A stretch of DNA of 64,000 bases from a bacterium (GCA_963675295.2 CAXXKJ010000002.1:1600001-1664000); one strand, 5' to 3'; shown: positions 50,095 to 60,360, counted from the first letter of the stretch. Made by a program: numbers and translations. Notes: a model not told the origin generated them from the letters alone.

Positions 50095-51948
50095 ATGCGC
50101 TGTTTCCTGGCATTACTGATCGTGTCGTTGCTGCCGTCGCTGGCGATACCTCAAGAGTGGACCGAACACAATATTATCACGAATTCGTCGTGGGTGACGT
50201 CGGTACGAGCGGCTGACATTGACAGCGATGGTGATATCGACGTGCTTAGTGCCTATGAATATGGGTTACTCCGTTGGTGGGAAAACCTAGATGGCACGGG
50301 TATTGTCTGGTCTGCGCACACGGTTGACAGCTTCAATTGGATCCATTCAGTCCACGCTGCGGACCTGGACGGCGACGGCGACATGGACGTGCTTGCCACG
50401 GTGGGGCATTCCGATGATGCAGATGAACTTTTGCTCTTAATAAACGAGAACGGACAGGGTACAGATTGGTCAATTCAGCATCTGGGCTACTGGGGTATGG
50501 CCCATACTTTACAAGCCACAGACATGGATGGCGATGGCGATCTGGACGTGCTTAGCTCATGGGAACTGGATGTGTGGGATGGAGTTGGTGAGGTGTATTG
50601 GTGGGAAAATGTGGATGGAACGGGCACGCTTTGGGATACTCATGATGTGGATGTAGAATTGTTCGGTGCGGAAGATGTTTACGCAGCCGATGTGGATGGC
50701 GACGGAGACCTTGATGTGCTGGGCGTTACAATGTATGCCAATACGATTTCATGGTGGGAAAACATCGATGGATCAGCTACAAGCTGGATAAGACACACGG
50801 TGAACGACGACTTTCCCGGCGCCATATCTATTCATGCTGCAGATATCGATGGCGATGGAGATGCAGACTTTGTTGCAGCTGCCTATGATGGTGATGAAAT
50901 AGCTTGGGGGGAAAACGTGAATGGCACCGGCATGGTCTGGTCGGAGCATGTGGTGGATGGGGAATTTGATGGCGCCATATCTGTCCTCGCCGCAGACATC
51001 GACGGCGACGGAGATATTGACCTTGCTGGTGCAGCTTATGATGTTGATGAAGTCACGTGGTGGGAAAACAATGGTGGCCCAGGAACAGTCTGGATTGAAC
51101 ATATCCTCAGCACGGAATTTGATAGCCCGTATGAAGTGCATATTGCTGACATCGAGGGTGACGGTGACATGGACGTATTGAGTGCGGCGGGATATGAAGA
51201 TAGTGAAGTCGTTTGGTGGGAACAGCCCGGAGGACAGGACCCTCCGCTTATCGAAGTTTCCCTTTTTGCTGGTCAACCGCTTCAAATACCGAGGGGCGGG
51301 AGTTTCGAGTACGGCATCTTCCTGAGCAACAATTTACCATCCCTCTTCTATGTCGATTTCTGGACCTATGTCAATCTCCCTGACGGCACACCATTCGGAC
51401 CGATTTGGCGGATCAACAATGTTCCCATGGCGCCGAACACAACTATCCGGGTTAATGCAGTTGGTCAATCTATCCCGAACGAAGCTCCCCTCGGCGAATA
51501 CACCTTCCACATGCAGGCTGGCGCATTCCCCAACGTTGTTGCTGGAGAGGACGAATTCCCCTTTGAAGTGGTTGCAGCTACTGGCACAAACGGCTCACCG
51601 TCCACCGATTGGTCTGCGTGGGGACTGGATCAACTCCAGTCACAGAGCATCGCACAGAACTCATATGTGGAAGCTTGGCCGAACACCTTCTCTCTTTCCG
51701 AAAGCTACCCAAATCCATTCAACGCCGCCACAACGCTGACCGTCAATCTGCCGGAAAACGCTGAGCTGAGCGTCACCGTCTACAACATCTCCGGCCAGCA
51801 GGTTGCGGAACTTGCAAACGGTTCGTATACCGCCGGGACACACCGCTTCACGTTCGACGCGTCCGGCCTCGCCAGCGGACTTTACTTTGTCAAAGCGACC
51901 GTCCCTGGACAGATGGACCAGGTTCAGAAAGTGATGCTGGTCAGATAG
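50095..51948 (+). CDS. Secreted FG-GAP/VCBS repeat protein with shared beta-rich domain and T9SS-like CTD
   Basis: Signal peptide; 7 AADxDGDGDxD...WWEN repeats; IPRGGSFEY...APLGEY; SYPNPFN...KVMLVR. Alternative start at 50080. Confidence 0.92.
   Translation: MRCFLALLIVSLLPSLAIPQEWTEHNIITNSSWVTSVRAADIDSDGDIDVLSAYEYGLLRWWENLDGTGIVWSAHTVDSFNWIHSVHAADLDGDGDMDVLATVGHSDDADELLLLINENGQGTDWSIQHLGYWGMAHTLQATDMDGDGDLDVLSSWELDVWDGVGEVYWWENVDGTGTLWDTHDVDVELFGAEDVYAADVDGDGDLDVLGVTMYANTISWWENIDGSATSWIRHTVNDDFPGAISIHAADIDGDGDADFVAAAYDGDEIAWGENVNGTGMVWSEHVVDGEFDGAISVLAADIDGDGDIDLAGAAYDVDEVTWWENNGGPGTVWIEHILSTEFDSPYEVHIADIEGDGDMDVLSAAGYEDSEVVWWEQPGGQDPPLIEVSLFAGQPLQIPRGGSFEYGIFLSNNLPSLFYVDFWTYVNLPDGTPFGPIWRINNVPMAPNTTIRVNAVGQSIPNEAPLGEYTFHMQAGAFPNVVAGEDEFPFEVVAATGTNGSPSTDWSAWGLDQLQSQSIAQNSYVEAWPNTFSLSESYPNPFNAATTLTVNLPENAELSVTVYNISGQQVAELANGSYTAGTHRFTFDASGLASGLYFVKATVPGQMDQVQKVMLVR
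51517..51878 (+). repeat. About 360-bp 3' coding module, copy 1 (copy 2 at 53400-53761)
   Basis: Near-identical sequence with about 14 mismatches by eye, encoding AGAFPNVVAGEDEF...DASGLASG. Confidence 0.95.
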
Positions 51949-52001
51949 AGATACCAGTCAGCTGGGATATGGATTTGGAGATGTCAAGGGGAGGTTTCGA
52001 C

Positions 52002-52195
52002 TAGCTGGAACACAGTCGAAGTGCTGAAATGTTGAGCAAATCGCCTCTTGTTGATGTACATTGCGTTTCAGTACTTTCACCAGCCGGGCAGCTTGGGTCA
52101 GTATTTGGGGAGAGAACCATGAGAAAGCTCGCCATTCTGCTTATTGCTGTCGTCATTAGCATCAGTGCGTCCGCGCAGGACAGCCTGAATGTCAG
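52002..52195 (+). repeat. Leader + signal-peptide module, copy 2
   Basis: Aligns with 47391-47587. Confidence 0.9.
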
Positions 52196-53831
52196 CATTG
52201 TCGGATCGCTATACGATGATCACACGATCTATGATGTTGCGCTGGTTGATCACTACGCATACCTGGCAGATGGTGAACTGGGACTTCGAGTAGTAGATGT
52301 TTCAGATCCTTCTGAACCAGTAGAAGTTTTAGCTTACGAAACACAGGGAGATCTCCGCAATATTAAGATTTTGGACGGTTACGCCTACGCTGCTATTTCA
52401 AATTATGGTATGATAATATTGGATGTTTCAAGTCCAATTAATCCTGTAGTCGTAGGTTTTTACCCATTTCCTTTTGTTGTCAATGATATAGCCGTATCTG
52501 ATGGATATGTATTTATCGATCGAGGCAGTAGAGTAATAATTGTCGATGTTACAGATCTGTCAAACCCTGTCGCTGTTGCCATTTTTGACCCGGGAGATAC
52601 GTATGCCTATGTCGCGGGTATAGATGTTGCCGATAATTATCTCTATGTGACTGGAGGTGGTAATGAATGGCCTCATGCATATTATTATTTATGGATTTTG
52701 GATGTATCAGACCCATCCTCGCCAGATGAAGTAGCCTCTTACCAAACGCAACATGGTATGGGACCCCTAAGAGTAGTGGATGATTTTGTCTATGCAACAT
52801 ATGAGTGGGAAGACCAGATTATTGGTGGAATCTATATTTTTAATGTAAGCAATCCAAACGAACCTTCTATCATTGGGAGCTTTGAAGTCCCGTTTAGGCC
52901 ATATAATATCGAAGTGGAGGGTGATTATGTTTATTTGGTGCGTTACTCTGGTGAATTGAATATTTATCATGTTCTTTTTCTGTCTGCAATAACTGAAGTA
53001 GGGTACTACGATACGGCAGGCAGAGCGTACAGTGTCGCTGTTAACGGTAATTATGCATACGTAGCAGACTATTATCACTTTTCCATTTTTGATTGTAGCG
53101 ATGCAACAGGTGGAGGGATCAATCCGCAGTATATCAACATCAGCTTATCCACCCCGAATCCGCTGATCGTTCCACGTGGTGGTAGTTTCCAATACGAAAT
53201 CATGGTGACCAGTAATCTCCCATCGCCTCGACGTGTCGATTTCTGGACCTACGTCACCCTGCCCAACGACTGGACATATGGCCCACTGCAACGGATCAAC
53301 AACGTCCCGATGACACCCACGACCGTCATTGGACCAGTCAACCTTGGACTTGATATTCCGCAGAATGCGTTCCTCGGGGAGTATACGTTTCACTTACAAG
53401 CTGGCGCATTCCCCAACGTTGTTGCTGGAGAGGACGAGTTCCCCTTTGAAGTCGTCGCAGCTACTGGCACAAACGGCTCACCGTCCACGGATTGGTCTGC
53501 ATGGGGACTGGATCAACTCCAGTCACAGAGCATCGCACAGAACTCATATGTGGAAGCTTGGCCGAACACCTTCTCTCTTTCCGAGAGCTACCCAAATCCA
53601 TTCAACGCCGCCACAACCCTGACCGTGAACCTGCCGGAAACCTCCGAGCTCAGCGTCACCGTCTACAACATCTCCGGCCAGCAGGTTGCGGAACTTGCAA
53701 ACAGTTCGTATACCGCCGGGACACACCGCTTCACGTTCGACGCGTCCGGCCTCGCCAGCGGGTTGTACCTCGTCCGCGCGACTGTGCCGGGCGAGCTGAA
53801 CGCGGTGCAGAAGCTGGTGCTGACGAAGTAA
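52119..53831 (+). CDS. Secreted LVIVD-repeat protein with shared beta-rich domain and T9SS-like CTD
   Basis: MRKLAIL signal peptide; about 7 LVIVD-type repeats; VPRGGSFQY...YGP...LGEY; SYPNPFN...KLVLTK. Confidence 0.92.
   Translation: MRKLAILLIAVVISISASAQDSLNVSIVGSLYDDHTIYDVALVDHYAYLADGELGLRVVDVSDPSEPVEVLAYETQGDLRNIKILDGYAYAAISNYGMIILDVSSPINPVVVGFYPFPFVVNDIAVSDGYVFIDRGSRVIIVDVTDLSNPVAVAIFDPGDTYAYVAGIDVADNYLYVTGGGNEWPHAYYYLWILDVSDPSSPDEVASYQTQHGMGPLRVVDDFVYATYEWEDQIIGGIYIFNVSNPNEPSIIGSFEVPFRPYNIEVEGDYVYLVRYSGELNIYHVLFLSAITEVGYYDTAGRAYSVAVNGNYAYVADYYHFSIFDCSDATGGGINPQYINISLSTPNPLIVPRGGSFQYEIMVTSNLPSPRRVDFWTYVTLPNDWTYGPLQRINNVPMTPTTVIGPVNLGLDIPQNAFLGEYTFHLQAGAFPNVVAGEDEFPFEVVAATGTNGSPSTDWSAWGLDQLQSQSIAQNSYVEAWPNTFSLSESYPNPFNAATTLTVNLPETSELSVTVYNISGQQVAELANSSYTAGTHRFTFDASGLASGLYLVRATVPGELNAVQKLVLTK
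53400..53761 (+). repeat. About 360-bp 3' coding module, copy 2
   Basis: Aligns with 51517-51878 at an offset of 1883 bp. Confidence 0.95.
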
Positions 53832-53952
53832 GTCAGACTCTAGTCTCTGGTCTTTCGTCTCTCGGGTAAGACAAACAATGCCACGGATTTCGGTCCGTGG
53901 CATTTCTGTATTGCCATCGCGGTACAAGTGCAACCGTGATGAGATACCGAAT

Positions 53953-56900
53953 TCAGCTCACAGTCTGAATCTCGCTGCTGTCAGGCACTCCCTCGCCTTC
54001 GTCCTCGACGGCGTCCTGGATGCCGAAGAAGCGGCGGACATCCTCCAGGATCAGGTACAGCACCGGGATCAGGACCAGCGTAATCGCGGTTGCGAACAAG
54101 ACGCCGAAGCCGAGGCTGATCGCCATTGGGATGAGGAATCGTGCCTGGATCGAGGTTTCGAGAATCATCGGCATCAGGCCGAAAAACGTCGTGGTCGCGG
54201 TCATGATGATCGGCCGGAACCGTCGCCGTCCCGCCTCGATCACCGCGTCGTAGACGCTTGCGGTGGCGTCGCTCTCACGCAACTTGTTGATGAAGTCGAT
54301 CATCACCAGCGAGCTGTTGACGACAACTCCGTTCAACGCCACAATCCCGAACAGGCTGATCATGCTGAGCGAGTAGCCGAGCAGCATGTGGCCGAGGATC
54401 GCGCCAACGATTCCGAACGGAATCGCGCTCATCACGATGAATGGCTGCGTGAAGCTGCGGAACGGGATGGCGAGCAAACCGTAGATCAGCAGGATACCGA
54501 TGCCGAACGCACGCATGATGTCCATCATCGATTCCTGTTCCTCACGGCTCTGGCCTTCGAGGTCAAAGCTGAGGCCCGGGTAGGCGGCCATCATTTCCGG
54601 CATCACGTCGCTGCGGATCTTTCCGAGAATTTCTTCGGCGCTGGTGACGTCCTTGTCGACGTTGCAGGAGACATTGACGATGCGCCGGCGGTCTGTGCGT
54701 TGGATGGTGCTGTAACCGCGTCCCTCATCGACATACGCCGCCTGGCTGAACGGAATTTCCCGTCCATCCGGAGTGCGAATGCGCATGTTTTCGATGTTGG
54801 CGAGGCTGCGGCGTTCATCCTCGGGATACCGCACCATCACCTTGACTTCGTTCTTACCACGCTGAATCCGCAACGCTTCGGACCCGAAGAATGCGCCGCG
54901 CACCTGCATCGCGAGGTCGGTCTCGGATATGCCGAGGGTCTGTGCTTCCGGCCTCAGCTTCAGTTGCAACTCGCGCTTGCCCTCACGGTGGCTATCCTGC
55001 ACCTCGCTGGTACCAGCGTAGGACGCGATCTGCTTTTTCAACTCCTCGGTGGCTGCGGTGAGCACGGTGAAGTCGTCATGCGCGAGCTGCACCTCCATGT
55101 CCGCGCCACTCTGGATGAGATCGGACCGGAAGGTGAGGGATTCGACGCCTGGGATTTCACCGACGCGTCTGCGCCATTCCTCAGCGAAGACTGGCGTGCG
55201 CACGGTGCGCTTCTCGATGTCATCAAGCTGGAAGTAAATCTGTGCGAGGTTGGACGAGAAGTTCATCGAGACGCCGGCCGGGCCACCTTCCACGATCTGC
55301 GCACCGTAGAGGGTGAACACGCTTAGCAGGTTGGATCCGCCGTCCGTGCGATCCTCATCGTACTCGTCGATCATATCGTACGCGTAGCTCAGGATCTGTT
55401 CGGAAATGCGTTGTGTGTCTTCGAACGGTGTCCCCGGTGGCATTTCGAGTTGCACCGTGACCTCGTCGGCGTCGATGTCGGTCATGAAGGTGAAGCCGAT
55501 GTAGCCGCCCGCGACCAGGCCGATGGAGATAAATAACACCGCAATCGCAATCGCGAAGGTCAGGTAGCGGTTTTCCTGCGCCCAACGCAAGGTGCCGACG
55601 TAGGTATGGTCAATGAACCAGTTGACGACCTTGTCAAACCGGCTGCGTTTCGCTTCGATTTTCTGCCACACCGGCGCCGTGCTCTTGACCATCTTGCTAT
55701 TCAGGTGCGCGGGCAGGATGTAGAACGATTCGATCAGCGACAGTACGAGGACCGAGATGACGATCGTCGGAATCAGCCCCATGAAGTTGCCGAGGAAGCC
55801 GCCGACGAACAGCAGCGGGGCGAACGCGGCAATAGTGGTCAAGCCGGCGAACACAACGGCTTTGCTCATCTCGCGCGTGCCATCTACGGCGGCGAGGTAA
55901 TAGCCCTTGCCGAACCGTTTTCGGTGCACGTAGATGTTTTCCCCGACCACGATGGCATCGTCGACGACGATACCGAGGATCATCAGGAACGCGAACAGGC
56001 TCATCATGTTGATCGAGATGTCGAACCACGGCAACAGAATCATCGAGCCGAGGAACGAGATCGCGATCCCCATCGCAACCCAGAGCGCGAGCCGGATCTC
56101 AAGGAACAGGGTCAGGATGATGAGTACCAGGAACAGGCCGAGGCCGCCGTTCTTGAGCAGCAGGTTGATGCGGTCCTGCAGGATTTCCGACCAGTCGTAA
56201 TACTCCTGCAGCTTGATCGAATCGGGCAGCTCCTTCTGACGCTTGGCGACGTATTCACGTGCCGACTTGGCAATCTCTGTTGGTTTCTGATCGCCGATCC
56301 GGAAGACGCGGATCATCACCGCGTTTTCACCGTTGAACTCTGACAGGATGTCGACGTCCTCGAAGCCGTCCACGACGGTCGCGATGTCACCGAGGAAAAC
56401 GCGTTCCCCGTTCGCACCGGAGAAAACCACCACTGAGTCGAACTCGGCACCGGTGAAGCGTTTTTCAGTAGTGCGGACGAGGATTTCGCCAGCGTCCGTG
56501 CGAATCTTGCCACCCGCGAGGTCGATGGAGGAAGAACGCACGATGTTCGCAACCTGCGGCAGCGTCAGGTTGTACTTGCGCAGGTTCTCTTCGCTGATCT
56601 CGATGCCGATCTCATAGGGACGATTCGCGGTCAACTCAACGTTGGTGATGTTGTCGTAGGTCAGCAGATCGTCACGGACCCGTTCCGCCTGCTCTGTCAG
56701 CGCACGTTCGCTGGCGTCACCCGAGACAATCAGCATCATCACTTCCTGCCGTGTGCTGAGCAGGGAGATGACCGGTTTTTCGGCTTCCTCGGGGAAGGTG
56801 GTGATGCGGTCGACTTCGCTCTTGACGTCCTGGAGCACCTGGTTCTTGTCAGCGCCTTCCATCACCTCAACGATGACGTTGCCGGCGTTTTCGTTGGCGG

Positions 56901-57174
56901 AGGCGGTGACTCGTTTGACGTTGTCAAGACCGGACACCGCGCGTTCCACCGGCTGCACGATCGCCTCTTCCACCTCGGCGGGAGTCGCGCCGGGGTAGAC
57001 GACGGTAATGCTGACCATGTCGAGATCGAACTCCGGGAACACTTCCTGCTTCAGCGAGCGCATCGTGAAGAAGCCGCCGATGAGCAGGATCAGCATCAGG
57101 ATGTTCGACGCGACGTGGTTGGACGCCATGTACGCAATCGGGCCCTTTTTTGTCGGGGAGGAATTGTTGCTCAT
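53953..57174 (-). CDS. RND efflux transporter permease (AcrB/AcrD/AcrF family)
   Basis: 1073 aa; GIVVDDAIVVGEN, RFRPIIMT, PMAISLGFG; two large periplasmic loops. Confidence 0.95.
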   Translation of the reverse strand: MSNNSSPTKKGPIAYMASNHVASNILMLILLIGGFFTMRSLKQEVFPEFDLDMVSITVVYPGATPAEVEEAIVQPVERAVSGLDNVKRVTASANENAGNVIVEVMEGADKNQVLQDVKSEVDRITTFPEEAEKPVISLLSTRQEVMMLIVSGDASERALTEQAERVRDDLLTYDNITNVELTANRPYEIGIEISEENLRKYNLTLPQVANIVRSSSIDLAGGKIRTDAGEILVRTTEKRFTGAEFDSVVVFSGANGERVFLGDIATVVDGFEDVDILSEFNGENAVMIRVFRIGDQKPTEIAKSAREYVAKRQKELPDSIKLQEYYDWSEILQDRINLLLKNGGLGLFLVLIILTLFLEIRLALWVAMGIAISFLGSMILLPWFDISINMMSLFAFLMILGIVVDDAIVVGENIYVHRKRFGKGYYLAAVDGTREMSKAVVFAGLTTIAAFAPLLFVGGFLGNFMGLIPTIVISVLVLSLIESFYILPAHLNSKMVKSTAPVWQKIEAKRSRFDKVVNWFIDHTYVGTLRWAQENRYLTFAIAIAVLFISIGLVAGGYIGFTFMTDIDADEVTVQLEMPPGTPFEDTQRISEQILSYAYDMIDEYDEDRTDGGSNLLSVFTLYGAQIVEGGPAGVSMNFSSNLAQIYFQLDDIEKRTVRTPVFAEEWRRRVGEIPGVESLTFRSDLIQSGADMEVQLAHDDFTVLTAATEELKKQIASYAGTSEVQDSHREGKRELQLKLRPEAQTLGISETDLAMQVRGAFFGSEALRIQRGKNEVKVMVRYPEDERRSLANIENMRIRTPDGREIPFSQAAYVDEGRGYSTIQRTDRRRIVNVSCNVDKDVTSAEEILGKIRSDVMPEMMAAYPGLSFDLEGQSREEQESMMDIMRAFGIGILLIYGLLAIPFRSFTQPFIVMSAIPFGIVGAILGHMLLGYSLSMISLFGIVALNGVVVNSSLVMIDFINKLRESDATASVYDAVIEAGRRRFRPIIMTATTTFFGLMPMILETSIQARFLIPMAISLGFGVLFATAITLVLIPVLYLILEDVRRFFGIQDAVEDEGEGVPDSSEIQTVS

Positions 57175-58325
57175 TCGCCTGCCTCCGGCAGCTGGGGCCG
57201 TAGCTTCATGCCGTTGGCGGCACCAGAAATCTGGGTCAGCACAACCAGTTCACCAGTTTCGAGGCCGGAATTGACAAGCACCACTTCGTCGGATTTGTAG
57301 TAGACGTCGATATCGCGAATGGTGAGCACGCTGTCCTGCGCCACCCAGATCTGATTGTTCGAACGCACGGCGGTGCGTGGCACGGAAATGATGTCGCGCA
57401 CGATGCGGCCGTGAATGCGAGTTTCGACAAACGAGCCGATGCTCAACGCCGGATTGCTCATGTTTTCATTCTTGAACGGGTCGTCAATGCGGACAATGAC
57501 CCGCGACAGGCGTCCCATCTGGCCGATGATACCCACCTCGCGGTCGACATAACCATCGAAGTGATAGGATCCGCTTTCGAGGCTGAGGACGACGTCCACC
57601 TTGGCACCGGGGATGTCGATGTACGCCAGCTCGGAGGGCTGCAGCGACACCTCGATTTCGGCGACGTCGGTGCTGAACAGGGTCGCGATGACACTTTGCT
57701 GGCCGACCAACTGGCCGGGCGAAACGTTTTCGTTGGCGACGCGGCAGTTGAACGGTGCGCGCAGCACGGTGCGGTCCAGGTTCAATTGGGCCATCGCGAG
57801 CGCGGCCTGGGCGGATTGCATGTTCGCCTTCGCCTGCCGCAGCTGCGGTTCGTACAGCACCAGCGAGTTGGGTTTATCACTGGAGTTGGCGCCTTTGATC
57901 AGCTCCCATTCGGTGCGTGCGACTTCAGCGTTGGCCTCGGTGACTTCCAGGTTGTAGCGTGCCTGCGCGACGGCAGCCTCGGCCTGCTGCACCGCGAGTT
58001 CATAGTCCGCGGGTTCGATGCGGACGAGCACGTCACCCTTGTTGAATACGCCACCGGCGAGGAAGTTCGGATGCACCCACTCGACCTTGCCTCCGACCTG
58101 CGGGGTGAGGTTGACGGTGTGCAGCGCGGCGACTTCACCGTATCCGGTGATGAGGATGTCCTGGTCTTTCTTTTCAGCGGGGAAGACATCGACCAGCACA
58201 CCGCTGGGCGCGTCGTCGACCTGTTCCGGGGGACGGCGTCCCATGATTAGGGCAACCATGATCACGATGCCGATGATGATCACTCCCGGCACGAGAAATG
58301 CACGTCTTGCGGTCCGTTTCTTCAT
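57171..58325 (-). CDS. RND efflux membrane fusion protein
   Basis: N-terminal anchor, PQVGGKV...GDVLVRI lipoyl half, coiled coil, RAPFNCRV. Confidence 0.93.
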   Translation of the reverse strand: MKKRTARRAFLVPGVIIIGIVIMVALIMGRRPPEQVDDAPSGVLVDVFPAEKKDQDILITGYGEVAALHTVNLTPQVGGKVEWVHPNFLAGGVFNKGDVLVRIEPADYELAVQQAEAAVAQARYNLEVTEANAEVARTEWELIKGANSSDKPNSLVLYEPQLRQAKANMQSAQAALAMAQLNLDRTVLRAPFNCRVANENVSPGQLVGQQSVIATLFSTDVAEIEVSLQPSELAYIDIPGAKVDVVLSLESGSYHFDGYVDREVGIIGQMGRLSRVIVRIDDPFKNENMSNPALSIGSFVETRIHGRIVRDIISVPRTAVRSNNQIWVAQDSVLTIRDIDVYYKSDEVVLVNSGLETGELVVLTQISGAANGMKLRPQLPEAGE

Positions 58326-59830
58326 TATTCAGTCACCTCGATGAGATCGCCATCACCGTTGAGTTCCACACTGGCCAGCACGTCATCCATCCAGCTTGCG
58401 CCGAGTGCAGTCGCGAGGGAAATGCGTGCGTCAAGTAAACTGTAGCGTGCCTGAATCAGCGCCCGTTCCGCGCCGAGGTAGGCCGATTGCGCGATGGTCA
58501 CCGGCAGGTAGTTGGTGACACCGCGCAGGTAGTTGTCGGTCGCAACACGCAGGCTTGATCGAGCGGCGTTCGCCTGGTCCTGCCGGTAGCGCAACGCTTC
58601 CTCGAGCCGGGCGTTGTTGACCAGCGCGTCCTCGACTTCCTGGAACGCCGTCAACACTGACATCTTGTACGCTGAAACCTGTGCCTTCCAGCCTGCTTCA
58701 GCGGCGCGGGACGCATTCCACAGCTTGCCACCGTTGAAAACCGGCACCGACACGTTGCCGATTCCGCTCCAGACGATGTTCTTCGGATCGAGCGCGTCCT
58801 GAAGTTCGACCGACCGTCCGCTCAGCTGTCCGGTCAGGCTGAAGCTTGGGAACAGGCTGGCGACTGCTTCCGCCGCCGCCCGGTCGGCCGCGACGAGTCG
58901 CTGGTATTCGGCGCGCACATCAGGCCGCCGCTGTACCAGTTCGCTCGGCAATGCGGGCGCGACATCGGGGACCGCGCTGGGCAGGGTGAAGTCGCCGTCG
59001 GTCCAGCCGGTTGTCGGATAGTCCGCCATCAGGATCGACAAAGCGTGTTCCGCGGAGGCGAGCTGGGCGGAATTGGCTTCCGCGTCCGCACGCGCCCCGG
59101 CGAGTGTCGTTCGCGCCTGGTACAGGTCGGACGAGGTCGCCACACCGCGCGTGTACCGTTCCTCGATCAGCTTCAGGTTGTTGCTGTAGGTGGTGATCGT
59201 GGAATCGATCAGCTGCTGCTGGCGGCGCAGGGTGACCGCACCGTACCATGCCCGGCTGACCAGTGCGGAGAGGCTCAGCGTGTACGCTCGCAGGTCTTCC
59301 TCACTGGCGCGGAAGGTCGCGAGCGCACCCTGCCGGTTTGCGTGGTACTTGCCCCACAGGTCGAGCTCGTAGGTTGCGGTGAGCCCGACATTCCACAATT
59401 CATCAATCGCGAACTGCGCGGCTGGGTTGTAGTTACCGCCGGCGAATGGATTCGTGCCCTCGCCCTCGAGATAGCCCTGTTCCTGGTACGACGCCGACCC
59501 GTTCACGCTTGGAAACCACGATCCGCGGGCAATGTTCAGCGAGGCGCGCGCCTGCTGGTGCCGGGCGAGCATCTGCGCAAAGGTCAGGTTGTTGTGGAAC
59601 GCGCTATCGATCAACGCGTCCAGCGTGGGATCGTCAAAAGCCTTCCACCAGCGATCCGTCTCAATGCCGTCCAGATCCGCCGGCAATTCTGACTGGAAGT
59701 CGCCGGGTGGCTGTTCCAGTTCGACATCACGAACCGGTCTCCAGCCCGCACACCCCGCCACCAGCAGTGTCAGTAGCAATAGCGGCAGTAACGCGGGCCA
59801 TGACCGGAATCGGCCGGATGGTGCCATCAT
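58325..59830 (-). CDS. RND outer-membrane factor lipoprotein (NodT/OprM family)
   Basis: Lipobox LVAGC, WWKAFDDPTL, YELDLWGK, PSELVQRRPDV, AFQEVEDAL. Confidence 0.93.
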   Translation of the reverse strand: MMAPSGRFRSWPALLPLLLLTLLVAGCAGWRPVRDVELEQPPGDFQSELPADLDGIETDRWWKAFDDPTLDALIDSAFHNNLTFAQMLARHQQARASLNIARGSWFPSVNGSASYQEQGYLEGEGTNPFAGGNYNPAAQFAIDELWNVGLTATYELDLWGKYHANRQGALATFRASEEDLRAYTLSLSALVSRAWYGAVTLRRQQQLIDSTITTYSNNLKLIEERYTRGVATSSDLYQARTTLAGARADAEANSAQLASAEHALSILMADYPTTGWTDGDFTLPSAVPDVAPALPSELVQRRPDVRAEYQRLVAADRAAAEAVASLFPSFSLTGQLSGRSVELQDALDPKNIVWSGIGNVSVPVFNGGKLWNASRAAEAGWKAQVSAYKMSVLTAFQEVEDALVNNARLEEALRYRQDQANAARSSLRVATDNYLRGVTNYLPVTIAQSAYLGAERALIQARYSLLDARISLATALGASWMDDVLASVELNGDGDLIEVTE

Positions 59831-60360
59831 CCGTTCTCCTTCTTCGTCGGATGGAATGATCCTGATTCAGCTTGATCTCGTTGTTCCGGCGGGAATGCCT
59901 GCGCCGGAGGCAGGTAGTCCGTACCGCCCGTATTGATGATGGCGCGCCGGATATAGTCGAAGAATTGCGTTTCTTCCTGTTCACTCAGCCCGTGCATCGC
60001 CTGCTTGTGAACCTTGAGCAGCACACGGTTGACCTTCGTTTCCAGCTTGCACCCCTTTTCCGTCAGGGTAACCAGCTTGACGCGCCGATCGCTGGGGTGC
60101 GGTTTCCGTTCAACCAGGCCCCGCTCCTCGAGTGAATCGATTGTGCGCAACACGCTCGGGTGCGCAAGCCCCATGATGTTGGCGATCTCAACGAGGGACG
60201 ATTCTCCCTTGAATCGCAACATGGTCATCAGTAGTACTTCACTGCCCGTCACGCCGTGTTGCGAGGCGTGCTCTTCCAGCTTGCTGTACATCGCAGACCG
60301 AAGCCGGTGAACCCAGAAGCCGAGGAATTCCGACGGGTATTTGCGTGGCGGTTCACCCAT
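59827..60360 (-). CDS. MarR family transcriptional regulator
   Basis: LEERGLVERKPHPSDRRVKLVTLTEKG winged helix; first gene of the efflux operon. Confidence 0.93.
   Translation of the reverse strand: MGEPPRKYPSEFLGFWVHRLRSAMYSKLEEHASQHGVTGSEVLLMTMLRFKGESSLVEIANIMGLAHPSVLRTIDSLEERGLVERKPHPSDRRVKLVTLTEKGCKLETKVNRVLLKVHKQAMHGLSEQEETQFFDYIRRAIINTGGTDYLPPAQAFPPEQRDQAESGSFHPTKKENG

Noticed and set aside
51517-53761. Diversity-generating retroelement TR/VR pair
   Set aside because: Mismatches between the two copies are mostly synonymous and not confined to adenines, both copies are coding, and no reverse transcriptase is present.
53878-55326. 482-aa plus-strand ORF (and similar long antisense ORFs at 15015-16421, 32608-33993, 36611-37717, 23695-24864)
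   Set aside because: These are shadow frames opposite well-supported genes in GC-rich DNA, with no recognisable motifs.
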